Under the pieces are notes generated by a model, which saw nothing but the letters and a program-made list of their open reading frames with translations, was not told where the DNA came from and searched no databases. From the NCBI GenBank assembly GCA_026390575.1, contig JAPLFR010000010.1, positions 10,146 through 74,145 on the forward strand: 64,000 nucleotides of DNA, written 5' to 3'. This DNA comes from Ignavibacteriales bacterium (GTDB taxonomy: Bacteria; Bacteroidota; Ignavibacteria; UBA10030). Below, one piece after another: positions 38,582-47,708 of the stretch (position 1 is the first letter of the stretch; every line of letters starts with the position of its first letter). A program made the translations under genes and the position numbers.

Positions 38582-38724
38582 TTCCTATCCAGCGAGGTAG
38601 GGAAGGGATGACGATCAATGAGCAGTGATCAACGAACAATGACAAGTATGAATTGATCACTCATCATTGCTAATTGAAAATTGAATCCCCCCTTTTCCGC
38701 ATTCGTTGGAACTGGGGGTTTTTT
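38582..38724 (+). promoter_or_regulatory. PyrR-dependent transcription attenuator leader of the pyr operon
   Basis: Hairpin 38582-38603 presents the loop UCCAGCGAGG (PyrR-box consensus UCCAGAGAGG). An alternative 9-bp stem is AGTGATCAA (38624-38632) / TTGATCACT (38653-38661). A C6...G5 terminator stem with a T6 run lies at 38687-38724, just before pyrR. Confidence 0.7.
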
Positions 38725-38741
38725 CATTTTAAGAAAGGTGG

Positions 38742-39299
38742 ATGATGATGAAAACAAAAGTGCTCGACGCCGATGGTCTTCGGCGAACTGTGAACCGTCT
38801 CTCCCACGAAGTGGTGGAGAAAAATAGAGGTGTGCAGGATGTTGTGCTCGTTGGGATCAGAACGCGAGGCGAATTCCTTGCTCATCGTGTTGCGAAGAAA
38901 ATAGCAGAAATTGAAAACATGAACGTACAGGTTGGCGTACTGGATATTACGCTCTACCGCGATGATCTGCGCGGGCGTCTTGACCAACCCGAATTGAAAA
39001 GTTCAGAAATACTTTTCGATATTCGCGGCAAAGTTATCGTTTTGATTGATGACGTGCTCTTCACAGGGCGGACAATTCGTTCAGCTCTCAATGCCTTGAT
39101 GGATCTTGGACGTCCGTCTGAGATCCAGTTACTTGTACTCGTAGATCGCGGGCATCGCGAGTTACCCATCAAAGCAGATTTTGTCGGAAAGAATGTGCCC
39201 ACTGCACGCGAACAGGAAGTACAAGTAGCGATGATGGAAACAGATGAAGAAGATGCAGTCTATCTGATTGAGAATAAAGGAAAGGAGGATGAACAATGA
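38742..39299 (+). CDS. pyrR: Bifunctional pyr operon regulator / uracil phosphoribosyltransferase
   Basis: 185 aa with the PRTase motif VIVLIDDVLFTGRT. It is the first gene of pyrR-pyrB-pyrC. Confidence 0.93.
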   Translation: MMMKTKVLDADGLRRTVNRLSHEVVEKNRGVQDVVLVGIRTRGEFLAHRVAKKIAEIENMNVQVGVLDITLYRDDLRGRLDQPELKSSEILFDIRGKVIVLIDDVLFTGRTIRSALNALMDLGRPSEIQLLVLVDRGHRELPIKADFVGKNVPTAREQEVQVAMMETDEEDAVYLIENKGKEDEQ

Positions 39300-40216
39300 A
39301 ACTGCAAAGCCGCCACTTACTCGGATTAGAAGGAATGAGCAAGGAAGACATCACACTCATACTGGATACAGCAGCATCATTCAAAGAGATTTTGGAACGG
39401 CCTATTAAGAAGGTTCCTCCTCTGCAAGGAAAGACGATTGTGAATTTGTTTTTCGAAAGTTCTACGCGCACAAGAATTTCATTTGAGCTTGCGGAACGGC
39501 GTCTCTCGGCAGATGTTGTGAACTTTGCCGCATCCGGCAGCAGCGTCAGTAAAGGTGAAACGCTGAAGGACACAGCCCGCAATATCGAAGCGATGAAAAT
39601 AGATATGGTTGTCATCAGGCACTCGTCATCAGGGGCACCGCACTTTCTCACGCGCGTCGTAAAAGCAAACGTAATCAATGCAGGCGATGGAGCACACGAG
39701 CACCCTACACAAGCCCTGCTCGATATGATGACACTGCGGGAGAAACATGGCTCACTCGAAGGATTGCGCATCTGTATCGTTGGTGACATTTTACACAGCC
39801 GCGTTGCACTTTCAAATATCTACGGATTAAAAACTATGGGTGCTGAAATATCGGTGTGCGGCCCTGCGACACTTATCCCGCGGAACATTGAAGACCTTGG
39901 CGTTCGTGTCTATCATAGATTAGAAGATATTATTCCCCACGTCGATGCGCTGAATGTTCTTCGCATTCAACTGGAGCGGCAGAAGAGCGGACTCTTCCCG
40001 TCGCTTCGTGAATACCATCGTTATTTCGGTGTGACGAAAGAAAAAGTCGATCGAGCATTGAAGCCAATCACTATTATGCATCCTGGCCCGATAAATCGAG
40101 ATGTTGAGCTTTCAGCTGATCTTGCCGATGGACCGCATTCTGTCATTCTCGAACAGGTCACAAACGGTGAAGCTATCAGAATGTCGGTACTTTACTTACT
40201 TGGAACTTCCAATTGA
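39296..40216 (+). CDS. pyrB: Aspartate carbamoyltransferase catalytic subunit
   Basis: 306 aa with ESSTRTR, HEHPTQALLD and HPGP motifs. It has a 4-nt overlap with pyrR. Confidence 0.95.
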   Translation: MKLQSRHLLGLEGMSKEDITLILDTAASFKEILERPIKKVPPLQGKTIVNLFFESSTRTRISFELAERRLSADVVNFAASGSSVSKGETLKDTARNIEAMKIDMVVIRHSSSGAPHFLTRVVKANVINAGDGAHEHPTQALLDMMTLREKHGSLEGLRICIVGDILHSRVALSNIYGLKTMGAEISVCGPATLIPRNIEDLGVRVYHRLEDIIPHVDALNVLRIQLERQKSGLFPSLREYHRYFGVTKEKVDRALKPITIMHPGPINRDVELSADLADGPHSVILEQVTNGEAIRMSVLYLLGTSN

Positions 40217-40227
40217 AGGAACGAAAC

Positions 40228-41514
40228 ATGAAACTCCACTTAAAATCTGGTCGTTTGATTGATCCCATGAAAGGGATAGATGTCGTCACGGATATGTTGA
40301 TTGTTGATGGAAGGATTGAACGCCTCAGCGAATCGCTTTCTAGTGATAAGTCGTATGAAGTAATTGATCTGAAAAATAAAATTATAGCTCCTGGATTTAT
40401 CGATATGCATGTGCACTTGCGTGAACCGGGATATGAACACAAAGAAACTATAGAAACAGGGTGTGCTTCTGCAGCGGCCGGCGGATTTACTGCTGTATGC
40501 TGCATGCCGAACACGAATCCGGCAATTGATGAAGAATCTGTTGCGCGCTATGTGCAGGAAGAAGGAAGACGCGCCACCGGTGGACTTGTGGATGTGTACC
40601 CCATTGGGGCGGCCTCGAAAGGACGCAAAGGCGAAGAGTTGTCGCCTATGGCTGAGTTAGCGAAAGCCGGTGTGGTCGCTTTTTCTGATGATGGAGCACC
40701 GATTGCGAGCGCGGAGTTGATGCGGCGAATTTTTGAATACTCGTCGATGTATCATTTGCCTATCATCCAGCATGCAGAAGAATCTACCATGACAAAGAAT
40801 GGATTGATGAATGAAGGATTTGTATCGACGCGGCTTGGTATGCCTGGCATTCCACCGGTTGCCGAGGAGTTGATGATTGTGCGAGATATTGTTCTCTTGC
40901 GATATGTCCCAAGAGCAAAATATCACGTTGCGCACATAAGCACAACCGGATCTATCGATTGTGTACGTCGAGCGAAAACAGAAAAGTTAAATATCACCTG
41001 CGAAGCTGCGCCGCATCACTTTACTCTTTCAGATGAGGCAGTTGAAAGCTTTGATACGAACTTGAAAATGAGTCCGCCGCTGCGTACGAAGGCAGATGTG
41101 CAGGCAATAAAAGAAGCGTTGCACGATGGGATCATCGATGTCATTGCATCTGACCACGCACCGCATACAATTGATGAGAAGGAAGTTGAATTTGCACAAG
41201 CGCCGTTCGGTATTGTTGGCTTGGAAACCGCTATCGGATTGTCTCTTACGGAACTTGTTCATCAAAAATATCTCACGTTTACTCAATTGATCGAAAAGTT
41301 ATCGGTCAATCCGCGCCGTATCCTTTCTTTACCAGCAATTAATATTCAGGAAGGTGAAAGAGCAAACTTAACATTGTTGGATCCAACAAGAGAGTGGACA
41401 GTGGACATTCAATCGTTCCGATCAAAATCTAAGAATTCTCCATTCCATGGACGGACATTGAAAGGAAAGGCACTCGGCATCATCAATAATGGAAAAACTT
41501 ATTTCGTAAAATAG
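40228..41514 (+). CDS. pyrC: Dihydroorotase
   Basis: Metal site DMHVHLREPG and SDHAPH. I chose the ATG at 40228, which has an AAGGA RBS; the track TTG at 40213 overlaps the pyrB stop. Confidence 0.92.
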   Translation: MKLHLKSGRLIDPMKGIDVVTDMLIVDGRIERLSESLSSDKSYEVIDLKNKIIAPGFIDMHVHLREPGYEHKETIETGCASAAAGGFTAVCCMPNTNPAIDEESVARYVQEEGRRATGGLVDVYPIGAASKGRKGEELSPMAELAKAGVVAFSDDGAPIASAELMRRIFEYSSMYHLPIIQHAEESTMTKNGLMNEGFVSTRLGMPGIPPVAEELMIVRDIVLLRYVPRAKYHVAHISTTGSIDCVRRAKTEKLNITCEAAPHHFTLSDEAVESFDTNLKMSPPLRTKADVQAIKEALHDGIIDVIASDHAPHTIDEKEVEFAQAPFGIVGLETAIGLSLTELVHQKYLTFTQLIEKLSVNPRRILSLPAINIQEGERANLTLLDPTREWTVDIQSFRSKSKNSPFHGRTLKGKALGIINNGKTYFVK

Positions 41515-41662
41515 ACGAATGTGTTCAGAATACCAGACAGTTGCGTTACCATTCTGGACAATCGGCGTAATACCATCGCGGAGAATCGGTTGATTCGATA
41601 AGATTTCATCTGGCACGTACCTTGAGTTCTTTTGTTCAAGAACAATTTTTGAAAGGACTGCC

Positions 41663-42463
41663 ATGAAACTTATATTGATCGCTCTCGCTGCATCAGTTAT
41701 TCTACTAGGATGTGAAGAACATAAAATTGATACAACACCGCCTCCACCTCCGCAAGGTATTAGAACAATTTCACTCGATAATGCTGTCGAAATCCAATGG
41801 CTGCCAAGCAAGGCGGAAGATGTCAAAGGATACAACGTATGGGTAAGTTATCAATATGACGGTCACTATCAATTGATCGCTTCCACTTCTGCCGCTAGTT
41901 TAGTCGATTATGACGCCAAGAACGGAACAACATATTATTACGCAGTGAGCGCCTACGATTTTGATGATAATGAAAGTGCTTTGAGTAAGGATGTTGTCTA
42001 CGACACACCGCGTCCAGAAGGAGTTGGAGTAGTTCTTATTGATACGAGCACATCAAGAAATATTTCAGGTTATGGTTTTGCCCAATATAGTGTTCTGAGT
42101 TGTTATGATAAAAATACGGATGTATTCTTCGTGAACGCTCATGGCCGCTTGTACGTACAAGTGTGGTCTGACACGGATATTCAAGATATGGGATTCACGA
42201 GTTCACTTGATGAGATTTCTGCGTCGCCGACAGAAGGTTGGGCACCGTCAAAATCTGCGGAAGCTATTGTGGGACATACATATGTTATCTGGACGGTGGA
42301 TGACAACTATGCTAAAATTCGAGTGCAAAATGTGACGGCAAGCCGCATAGTGTTTGATTGGGCATATCAAACGGCAAAAGGTAATATAGAATTGAAGACA
42401 ACCCATACATCCAGGACTGGCGGTAGACAATTTGATCGGATTCGCAGCAGTCTTATGAAATGA
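41663..42463 (+). CDS. Lipoprotein with fibronectin-type-III-like domain
   Basis: Lipobox ILLGC, a Pro-rich linker, and an FN3-like block (VEIQWLPSKAEDVKGYNVW...TYYYAVSAYD). Confidence 0.65.
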   Translation: MKLILIALAASVILLGCEEHKIDTTPPPPPQGIRTISLDNAVEIQWLPSKAEDVKGYNVWVSYQYDGHYQLIASTSAASLVDYDAKNGTTYYYAVSAYDFDDNESALSKDVVYDTPRPEGVGVVLIDTSTSRNISGYGFAQYSVLSCYDKNTDVFFVNAHGRLYVQVWSDTDIQDMGFTSSLDEISASPTEGWAPSKSAEAIVGHTYVIWTVDDNYAKIRVQNVTASRIVFDWAYQTAKGNIELKTTHTSRTGGRQFDRIRSSLMK

Positions 42464-42572
42464 ATACAGTAGTTGTACAAAGAGAAGCGGCCTTTTCTTA
42501 GGGAAAGAGAGAAAAGTCCGCTTTTTGTTTGATTGACTTTCTCCACGTTTTCTGATAATTTGGACGCGAACT

Positions 42573-43040
42573 ATGCGATGGCTGTTTATCATATTACTTT
42601 TCTCTTATTCTTCCGATGCTCAGGTGAAACAACGATCTGAACCTCGTCTCCCAAAAGAAGTATTTGGCACGCCATCTGTCCGATTAGACCAGCAGCATTC
42701 CAGAGTGTCAGCTGTTTTTCAGACGATTGAGAACGGTATACGGAAATGTGCAGTAAAAGAATTTGACAAAGAACTCGGCGCAATGGTTACGATTGCCATA
42801 GGTTCTGGTGAACGCGGATATTTTTCTATGAATCAAGCAGCGTCGGTGCTCTCTGAATATTTTTCAGTACGCAGGCCCATCTCTTTCGAGTTCTCCCGTA
42901 TTCATGAAAAAGGCGGCACTCCATACGCAACAGGCCGTCTTGTCTATTTCCAAAAAGGAAATCAAGAGTCAGTGCAAGTATATGTATCGCTGATGCGTCA
43001 GGATTCGCGGTGGGTCATCAATCAATTCAATATCTACTAA
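42573..43040 (+). CDS. Hypothetical secreted protein
   Basis: 155 aa with a signal peptide (MRWLFIILLFSYSSDAQ). It lies directly upstream of the sensor kinase gene. Confidence 0.55.
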   Translation: MRWLFIILLFSYSSDAQVKQRSEPRLPKEVFGTPSVRLDQQHSRVSAVFQTIENGIRKCAVKEFDKELGAMVTIAIGSGERGYFSMNQAASVLSEYFSVRRPISFEFSRIHEKGGTPYATGRLVYFQKGNQESVQVYVSLMRQDSRWVINQFNIY

Positions 43041-43053
43041 TGAAGCAGTGGGC

Positions 43054-46000
43054 ATGACAAATCATTACACAAGGTATGCCCGCCCCGCGCTGTGGGGCTT
43101 TTTTATTTGTGCTGCCATCGCTGCTATGCTTGTGGTAGTACGGCTTTTCATTCCATCGTATATCCATTATCGTTGGGATGCTGAACGCACAGCACAACGG
43201 ATACGATCCGGCCAGGTTATTCGTGAAGCATTTCAAACCAGAATTCAACGGTTGACGAAAATCACGGAGCTTGCATCCGGAGATATATCGTTCAGCACGA
43301 GTATACACCTCAATGATATTTCTGCTGCAGCCAAAGCATTTCAATCTCTCAATGCATACACATTAAACGATGATCAGACTATTGATCTCATCGATTCGCT
43401 GGGAAATAGTATTGCATGGAATGGTCCGAGTATTTCATCATTGGGCAAGCAAGTGCTTGATCAAAAATCTTCCGAATCATTTGTTTTTCTGACACAAAAT
43501 GGATTGCGCACGTATGTCACTGTTGGTAAAAGATTAGCGCGCGAGAGAATGTCTCTCGTGGTCAGTGAACCGCTTGAAGTAAATTCTCCTATTTCAAATC
43601 GCTTTATTCAGAAAGTGAGTTTCTGCGAAGAACTTTCACAGACACTCAAAACACAGATCACATTCAGACTTCCGCAGACGTACACCGTGCATCAAGGAGA
43701 ATATAGTGTTCCAGTGATCGATCAAGCGAATAAAACGGTTGCTGAATTCATCGTTGCAGAAATAACGCTCGATGGCAAGATTTCATCAGAGAGAGATGTC
43801 TGCGATATGTTCATCACTCTTTGCATAGCGTGCGGCTGTTTGTTTTTTTTATGCACTGTCGTATTGTGGATTGCGAAAAAACACCATCCTTGGATGACAA
43901 CGACAGCGCTGATTCTTTCTTTGTGGTGTGTGCGGTTTGTGTGGAGAGAATTAAATTTTCCTGCAACGCTCATCGGCGGGTGGCTCTTTAATCCGAATTT
44001 GTATGCTTCGCCTTTTGTCCTTGGATTAAGTTCCTCAATCGGCGAACTCATTCTTACGGTTATAACCGTAGCGGCTTCAGCGTGGTTCTTTTTTTCACGT
44101 CACGCCTTTAACATTGAATCGAAAGGAATAATCGCGAGAATGGGCTTGCGTATTGGCCAAGTCGGGTCACTGGCATTCGTTGGTATTCTTTCAATGCTGG
44201 TTCTATGGCTTTTCCGTGGTTTCGGTGAAGCAGTGCGGAGTTTTGTTTTTGATTCAACAATTCAATACAACAATCCATCGGAGATTCTTCCAAATGGAAC
44301 TGCCGCACTGATGTATTTTAATATCATGATGCTTGGTGTCTCTCTCCTCTGTGTATCGACTGTGCTGCTCTCGAATGGAAGAAAATTACTCGCCGTCCAC
44401 TTCTTGCAGGATGAAACAAAATCGCGAATTCTGCTCATCGGTATTGTCATAATCTGCATTCCAATTTTTGCATTACTCGATAGTAGCCGATTCATATCAT
44501 TGCTCAGTTCAATCATCTTTATTGCTCTCTGTATTTATTTTGTGGAGCTGCTTATCTATTGGAAGGGCATAGGATTTGATTCAACATCACAGCAATGGAG
44601 ATTTGCATTGTGGATGACAATGGGTTCATTTGTAATTGGCGCACCTCTCTTACACCAAGAACTTCCGCAAAGGGAGCGTAAAGAAGTAGAAACCGTTGAG
44701 AATGAGTTTTTGCGTCCTTCCGACAGTTGGTTGACGTATGTTGTACAGGATGGCATCCGAACTTCTGTCGAAAGTTTTACAGCTCATGTGAACTCATACT
44801 CGCTTTCATCTGCAAAAGAAAACAATCTCGCATTTGTGTTGTGGACAAAATCACTGATTGGCAAAGAAGGATACAACTCTGCTCTTATCCTCTATAATCA
44901 GCAAGGAAATGAAGTGGATCGGTTTGTTGTTGGCATGAATAAGCCCGAACAGCAGAATATTCTTTCAAAAGTCTTTGCAGGTGAAGAAGAGGCAGTTCAT
45001 ATTATTGATCGAACAGAATCGAAAGTCTTAGGCAATCTTTATGGAGCGTGGACTACAATTCGAGATTCAAGCGGACAATTGTGTGGCAGTATTGCAGTGC
45101 TTTTATCGGAGCATCAAAAAGCAATATTTCGTGAAGAAGAAACAGAACCGCTTCGACAGTTTGGAGATCGGCTGGAAAATGATGTCGTACGCGAAATTGC
45201 GGTTCACGAATTTGTACATGATTCGCTGGTCTTTTCAACAGGAAGAAAATTATATCCGGAACGTTTTTTATCCGCAGCGATCGATAGTGAACTTCAGAAC
45301 ACAAAAAATCCCTTTCTGTGGAAAGACATTCTCATGAATGGATATAAGACGCAGACGGTATTTACGAGAGATGCTGCTTCACCGGAGAGAATTGCAGCAA
45401 TTAGTTTAGAAGAATTAGATTTCCGCTGGGAGATGTTTAGTACCCTCAAAGAATTCTTTATTTGTCTTGCCGTTGTAGCGGTACTTGGAATGTGCCTGTG
45501 CATTCGGAAAAGTATGCTGAAGGATATTCCGACACTTGGATTTCGAGGGAAGCTGTTACTCGGATTCGCCTGTATAACACTTGTGCCGCTGGTAGTTCTG
45601 AGTTACTACAATAAACAGCTTGTTGCAGAGCGAGTGCAAAAACAAGGGGAAGTGGAACTCTATAGCGATTTGGCAAAATTACAGGATCGAATCAGCGCGT
45701 ATGTTTCTGACGAAGAAGATTTTGTGAAAGGTGTCGATGACGATTTTTGTGAAGCGCTCGCTGCTGAATATGGAGTTGATTTCTCGGTGTATCGCGGCGC
45801 TTCAATCCAGGCAAGCAGCCGATCGGAACTGTATCGCGCATCTCTTTTAGATGGACGGCTGAACGGTGAAGTCTTTGCTTCAACCATACTGAATGGAAGA
45901 ACTCATGTACTGGCACAAGAAAAGATTGGTTCTGTCGAGTACGTCGTTGGCTATACGCCGCTTTCCATCCATGGAAGTATTGTTGGTGTGCTTGCTATTC

Positions 46001-46950
46001 CAACGTTAAATAGGCAAAGGAAAATCGAAGCTGAGTTGTCACAGCAAAATGCGTATGTCTTCGGGGTGTACGCGATGATCTTTGGAATTGCATTAGCCGG
46101 TGGTGGACTGCTTGCGTTGCGTTTTGCGCGTCCCCTACAAAAGTTAACCCGTGCTGTAAAAAATGTTGCAGGGGGAAATCTCGATATAAATGTGACAGTG
46201 AAATCACACGATGAACTTGGTACACTGGCCCAATCATTCAATGATATGATCTCAAAGCTGCGTACAAGCAGAGAAGAGCTTGCCAAGCATGAACGCGAGA
46301 ACGCCTGGAAGGAAATGGCTAAACAAGTCGCGCATGAAATCAGAAATCCACTTACTCCCATGAAGCTTTCCATTCAGCATTTGCGGCAGGCATTCAAGGA
46401 TAACGCGCCAGAGCGGGATGAAATTCTTCAACGTGTAACACAAACAGTAATAGATCAAGTTGAAGCTCTCTCGCGCATTGCAACAGAATTCTCCCATTTT
46501 GCTAAAATGCCCGAAAGAAAATTCGAAAGAGTCGACATTGATAATGTATTAAAGGAAACAATCAATTTGTTCAAGGAGGTTCAAGGAATCACCTTTATCG
46601 ATAAGCTTTCGTCACCGACTGACAAAGTGATTGCCGACAGCGACCAGCTCCGCGGAGTTTTTATCAATATTATAAGGAACGCTATTCAAGCTATTGAAAA
46701 AGCAGGAACAATTACCATCAGCACTTCCAAGGAAGGGCGGTGGTGCCTCATCATAATTTCAGATACGGGCTTAGGAATTCCAGAAGAGATACGTTCGAAG
46801 ATATTTGAGCCGAATTTTTCAACAAAATCAGAAGGAATGGGAATTGGGCTGGCAATTGCAAGAAGAGTTATTGAAGACCATGGAGGAATAATAACCTGCC
46901 AAAGTGAACAAGGAAAAGGAACGACATTTGAAATCCGACTTCCGGTCTGA
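43054..46950 (+). CDS. Large multi-TM sensor histidine kinase (NtrY-like HAMP-HisKA-HATPase C-terminus)
   Basis: About 1299 aa with a periplasmic-like N-domain and many TM segments. It has a second extracytoplasmic region, HAMP, an H-box (VAHEIRNPLTPM), an N-box (NIIRNAIQA) and a G-box (GMGIGLAIARRVIEDHGG). Confidence 0.85.
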   Translation: MTNHYTRYARPALWGFFICAAIAAMLVVVRLFIPSYIHYRWDAERTAQRIRSGQVIREAFQTRIQRLTKITELASGDISFSTSIHLNDISAAAKAFQSLNAYTLNDDQTIDLIDSLGNSIAWNGPSISSLGKQVLDQKSSESFVFLTQNGLRTYVTVGKRLARERMSLVVSEPLEVNSPISNRFIQKVSFCEELSQTLKTQITFRLPQTYTVHQGEYSVPVIDQANKTVAEFIVAEITLDGKISSERDVCDMFITLCIACGCLFFLCTVVLWIAKKHHPWMTTTALILSLWCVRFVWRELNFPATLIGGWLFNPNLYASPFVLGLSSSIGELILTVITVAASAWFFFSRHAFNIESKGIIARMGLRIGQVGSLAFVGILSMLVLWLFRGFGEAVRSFVFDSTIQYNNPSEILPNGTAALMYFNIMMLGVSLLCVSTVLLSNGRKLLAVHFLQDETKSRILLIGIVIICIPIFALLDSSRFISLLSSIIFIALCIYFVELLIYWKGIGFDSTSQQWRFALWMTMGSFVIGAPLLHQELPQRERKEVETVENEFLRPSDSWLTYVVQDGIRTSVESFTAHVNSYSLSSAKENNLAFVLWTKSLIGKEGYNSALILYNQQGNEVDRFVVGMNKPEQQNILSKVFAGEEEAVHIIDRTESKVLGNLYGAWTTIRDSSGQLCGSIAVLLSEHQKAIFREEETEPLRQFGDRLENDVVREIAVHEFVHDSLVFSTGRKLYPERFLSAAIDSELQNTKNPFLWKDILMNGYKTQTVFTRDAASPERIAAISLEELDFRWEMFSTLKEFFICLAVVAVLGMCLCIRKSMLKDIPTLGFRGKLLLGFACITLVPLVVLSYYNKQLVAERVQKQGEVELYSDLAKLQDRISAYVSDEEDFVKGVDDDFCEALAAEYGVDFSVYRGASIQASSRSELYRASLLDGRLNGEVFASTILNGRTHVLAQEKIGSVEYVVGYTPLSIHGSIVGVLAIPTLNRQRKIEAELSQQNAYVFGVYAMIFGIALAGGGLLALRFARPLQKLTRAVKNVAGGNLDINVTVKSHDELGTLAQSFNDMISKLRTSREELAKHERENAWKEMAKQVAHEIRNPLTPMKLSIQHLRQAFKDNAPERDEILQRVTQTVIDQVEALSRIATEFSHFAKMPERKFERVDIDNVLKETINLFKEVQGITFIDKLSSPTDKVIADSDQLRGVFINIIRNAIQAIEKAGTITISTSKEGRWCLIIISDTGLGIPEEIRSKIFEPNFSTKSEGMGIGLAIARRVIEDHGGIITCQSEQGKGTTFEIRLPV

Positions 46951-46951
46951 T

Positions 46952-47695
46952 ATGCAGGAACAAACAGCGATACTGCCGAAAATATTTTCAGTTTATCCAG
47001 AAGTTCGCTCGGGAATGAGTACGAAGCGTGGAAGCAGGAATCGAACTAAGTACGGGATGAATCTGAGTACTCATGTTGGAGATGATCCGGCAATCGTTGA
47101 GATGAACCGGACAGCATTCTTTTCTCAGCTTGGGATATCCAGGAATGAGCTTGCGATTCCGCTTCAATCTCATTCAGAAATTGTTCGTAAGGTCGTTACG
47201 CCGGGTGAATATGAAAAGTGTGATGCGCTCATTACCAATGCATGCGGAGTGGCATTAGGTATTACGGTTGCTGATTGCGTTCCAATCTTGCTCTTCGATC
47301 CAATTCAAAACGCAATAGGGGCCGTCCATGCAGGATGGCGAGGTACTGCACGTGGTATCGTCAAGCGAACGATTCATAACATGCAGGAGGAATTTAAAAC
47401 GGATCCTGAACATGTGCTCGCCTTTATCGGTCCATCAGCTGGAGTATGCTGTTACGAAGTAAGTGAGGAAGTCGCTGTGAAGTTCGAGAAGAAAATCGTA
47501 CCTTATAACAAGAAGAAGATATTTGTTGATCTCAAGAAAGAGAACGCGGCTCAACTTCATCAGGTGGGAGTAGCGGAGGACAACATGGAGATCAGCAAAC
47601 ATTGCACAATATGTGAATCGCAATTGTTCCATTCCTATAGACGGGATGGAACAAACGCAGGCAGAATGATGGCTGTTATTCGTTTGCAGCCGTAA
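46952..47695 (+). CDS. pgeF: YfiH/PgeF-family (polyphenol-oxidase-like) peptidoglycan editing factor
   Basis: VADCVPILL, HAGWRG and CT.C..LFHSYRRDG blocks. The ATG at 46952 is 2 nt after the kinase stop. Confidence 0.85.
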   Translation: MQEQTAILPKIFSVYPEVRSGMSTKRGSRNRTKYGMNLSTHVGDDPAIVEMNRTAFFSQLGISRNELAIPLQSHSEIVRKVVTPGEYEKCDALITNACGVALGITVADCVPILLFDPIQNAIGAVHAGWRGTARGIVKRTIHNMQEEFKTDPEHVLAFIGPSAGVCCYEVSEEVAVKFEKKIVPYNKKKIFVDLKKENAAQLHQVGVAEDNMEISKHCTICESQLFHSYRRDGTNAGRMMAVIRLQP

Positions 47696-47708
47696 CCGGA
47701 GATATAGT

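Noticed and set aside
39169-39789. 206-aa ORF (-) antisense to pyrB; likewise 10459..10983, 45951..46373, 50766..51266, 41422..41835 and 16638..17015
   Set aside because: Each is fully embedded antisense in a gene with strong family motifs. They have biased Ser/Arg/Pro-rich composition and no independent support.
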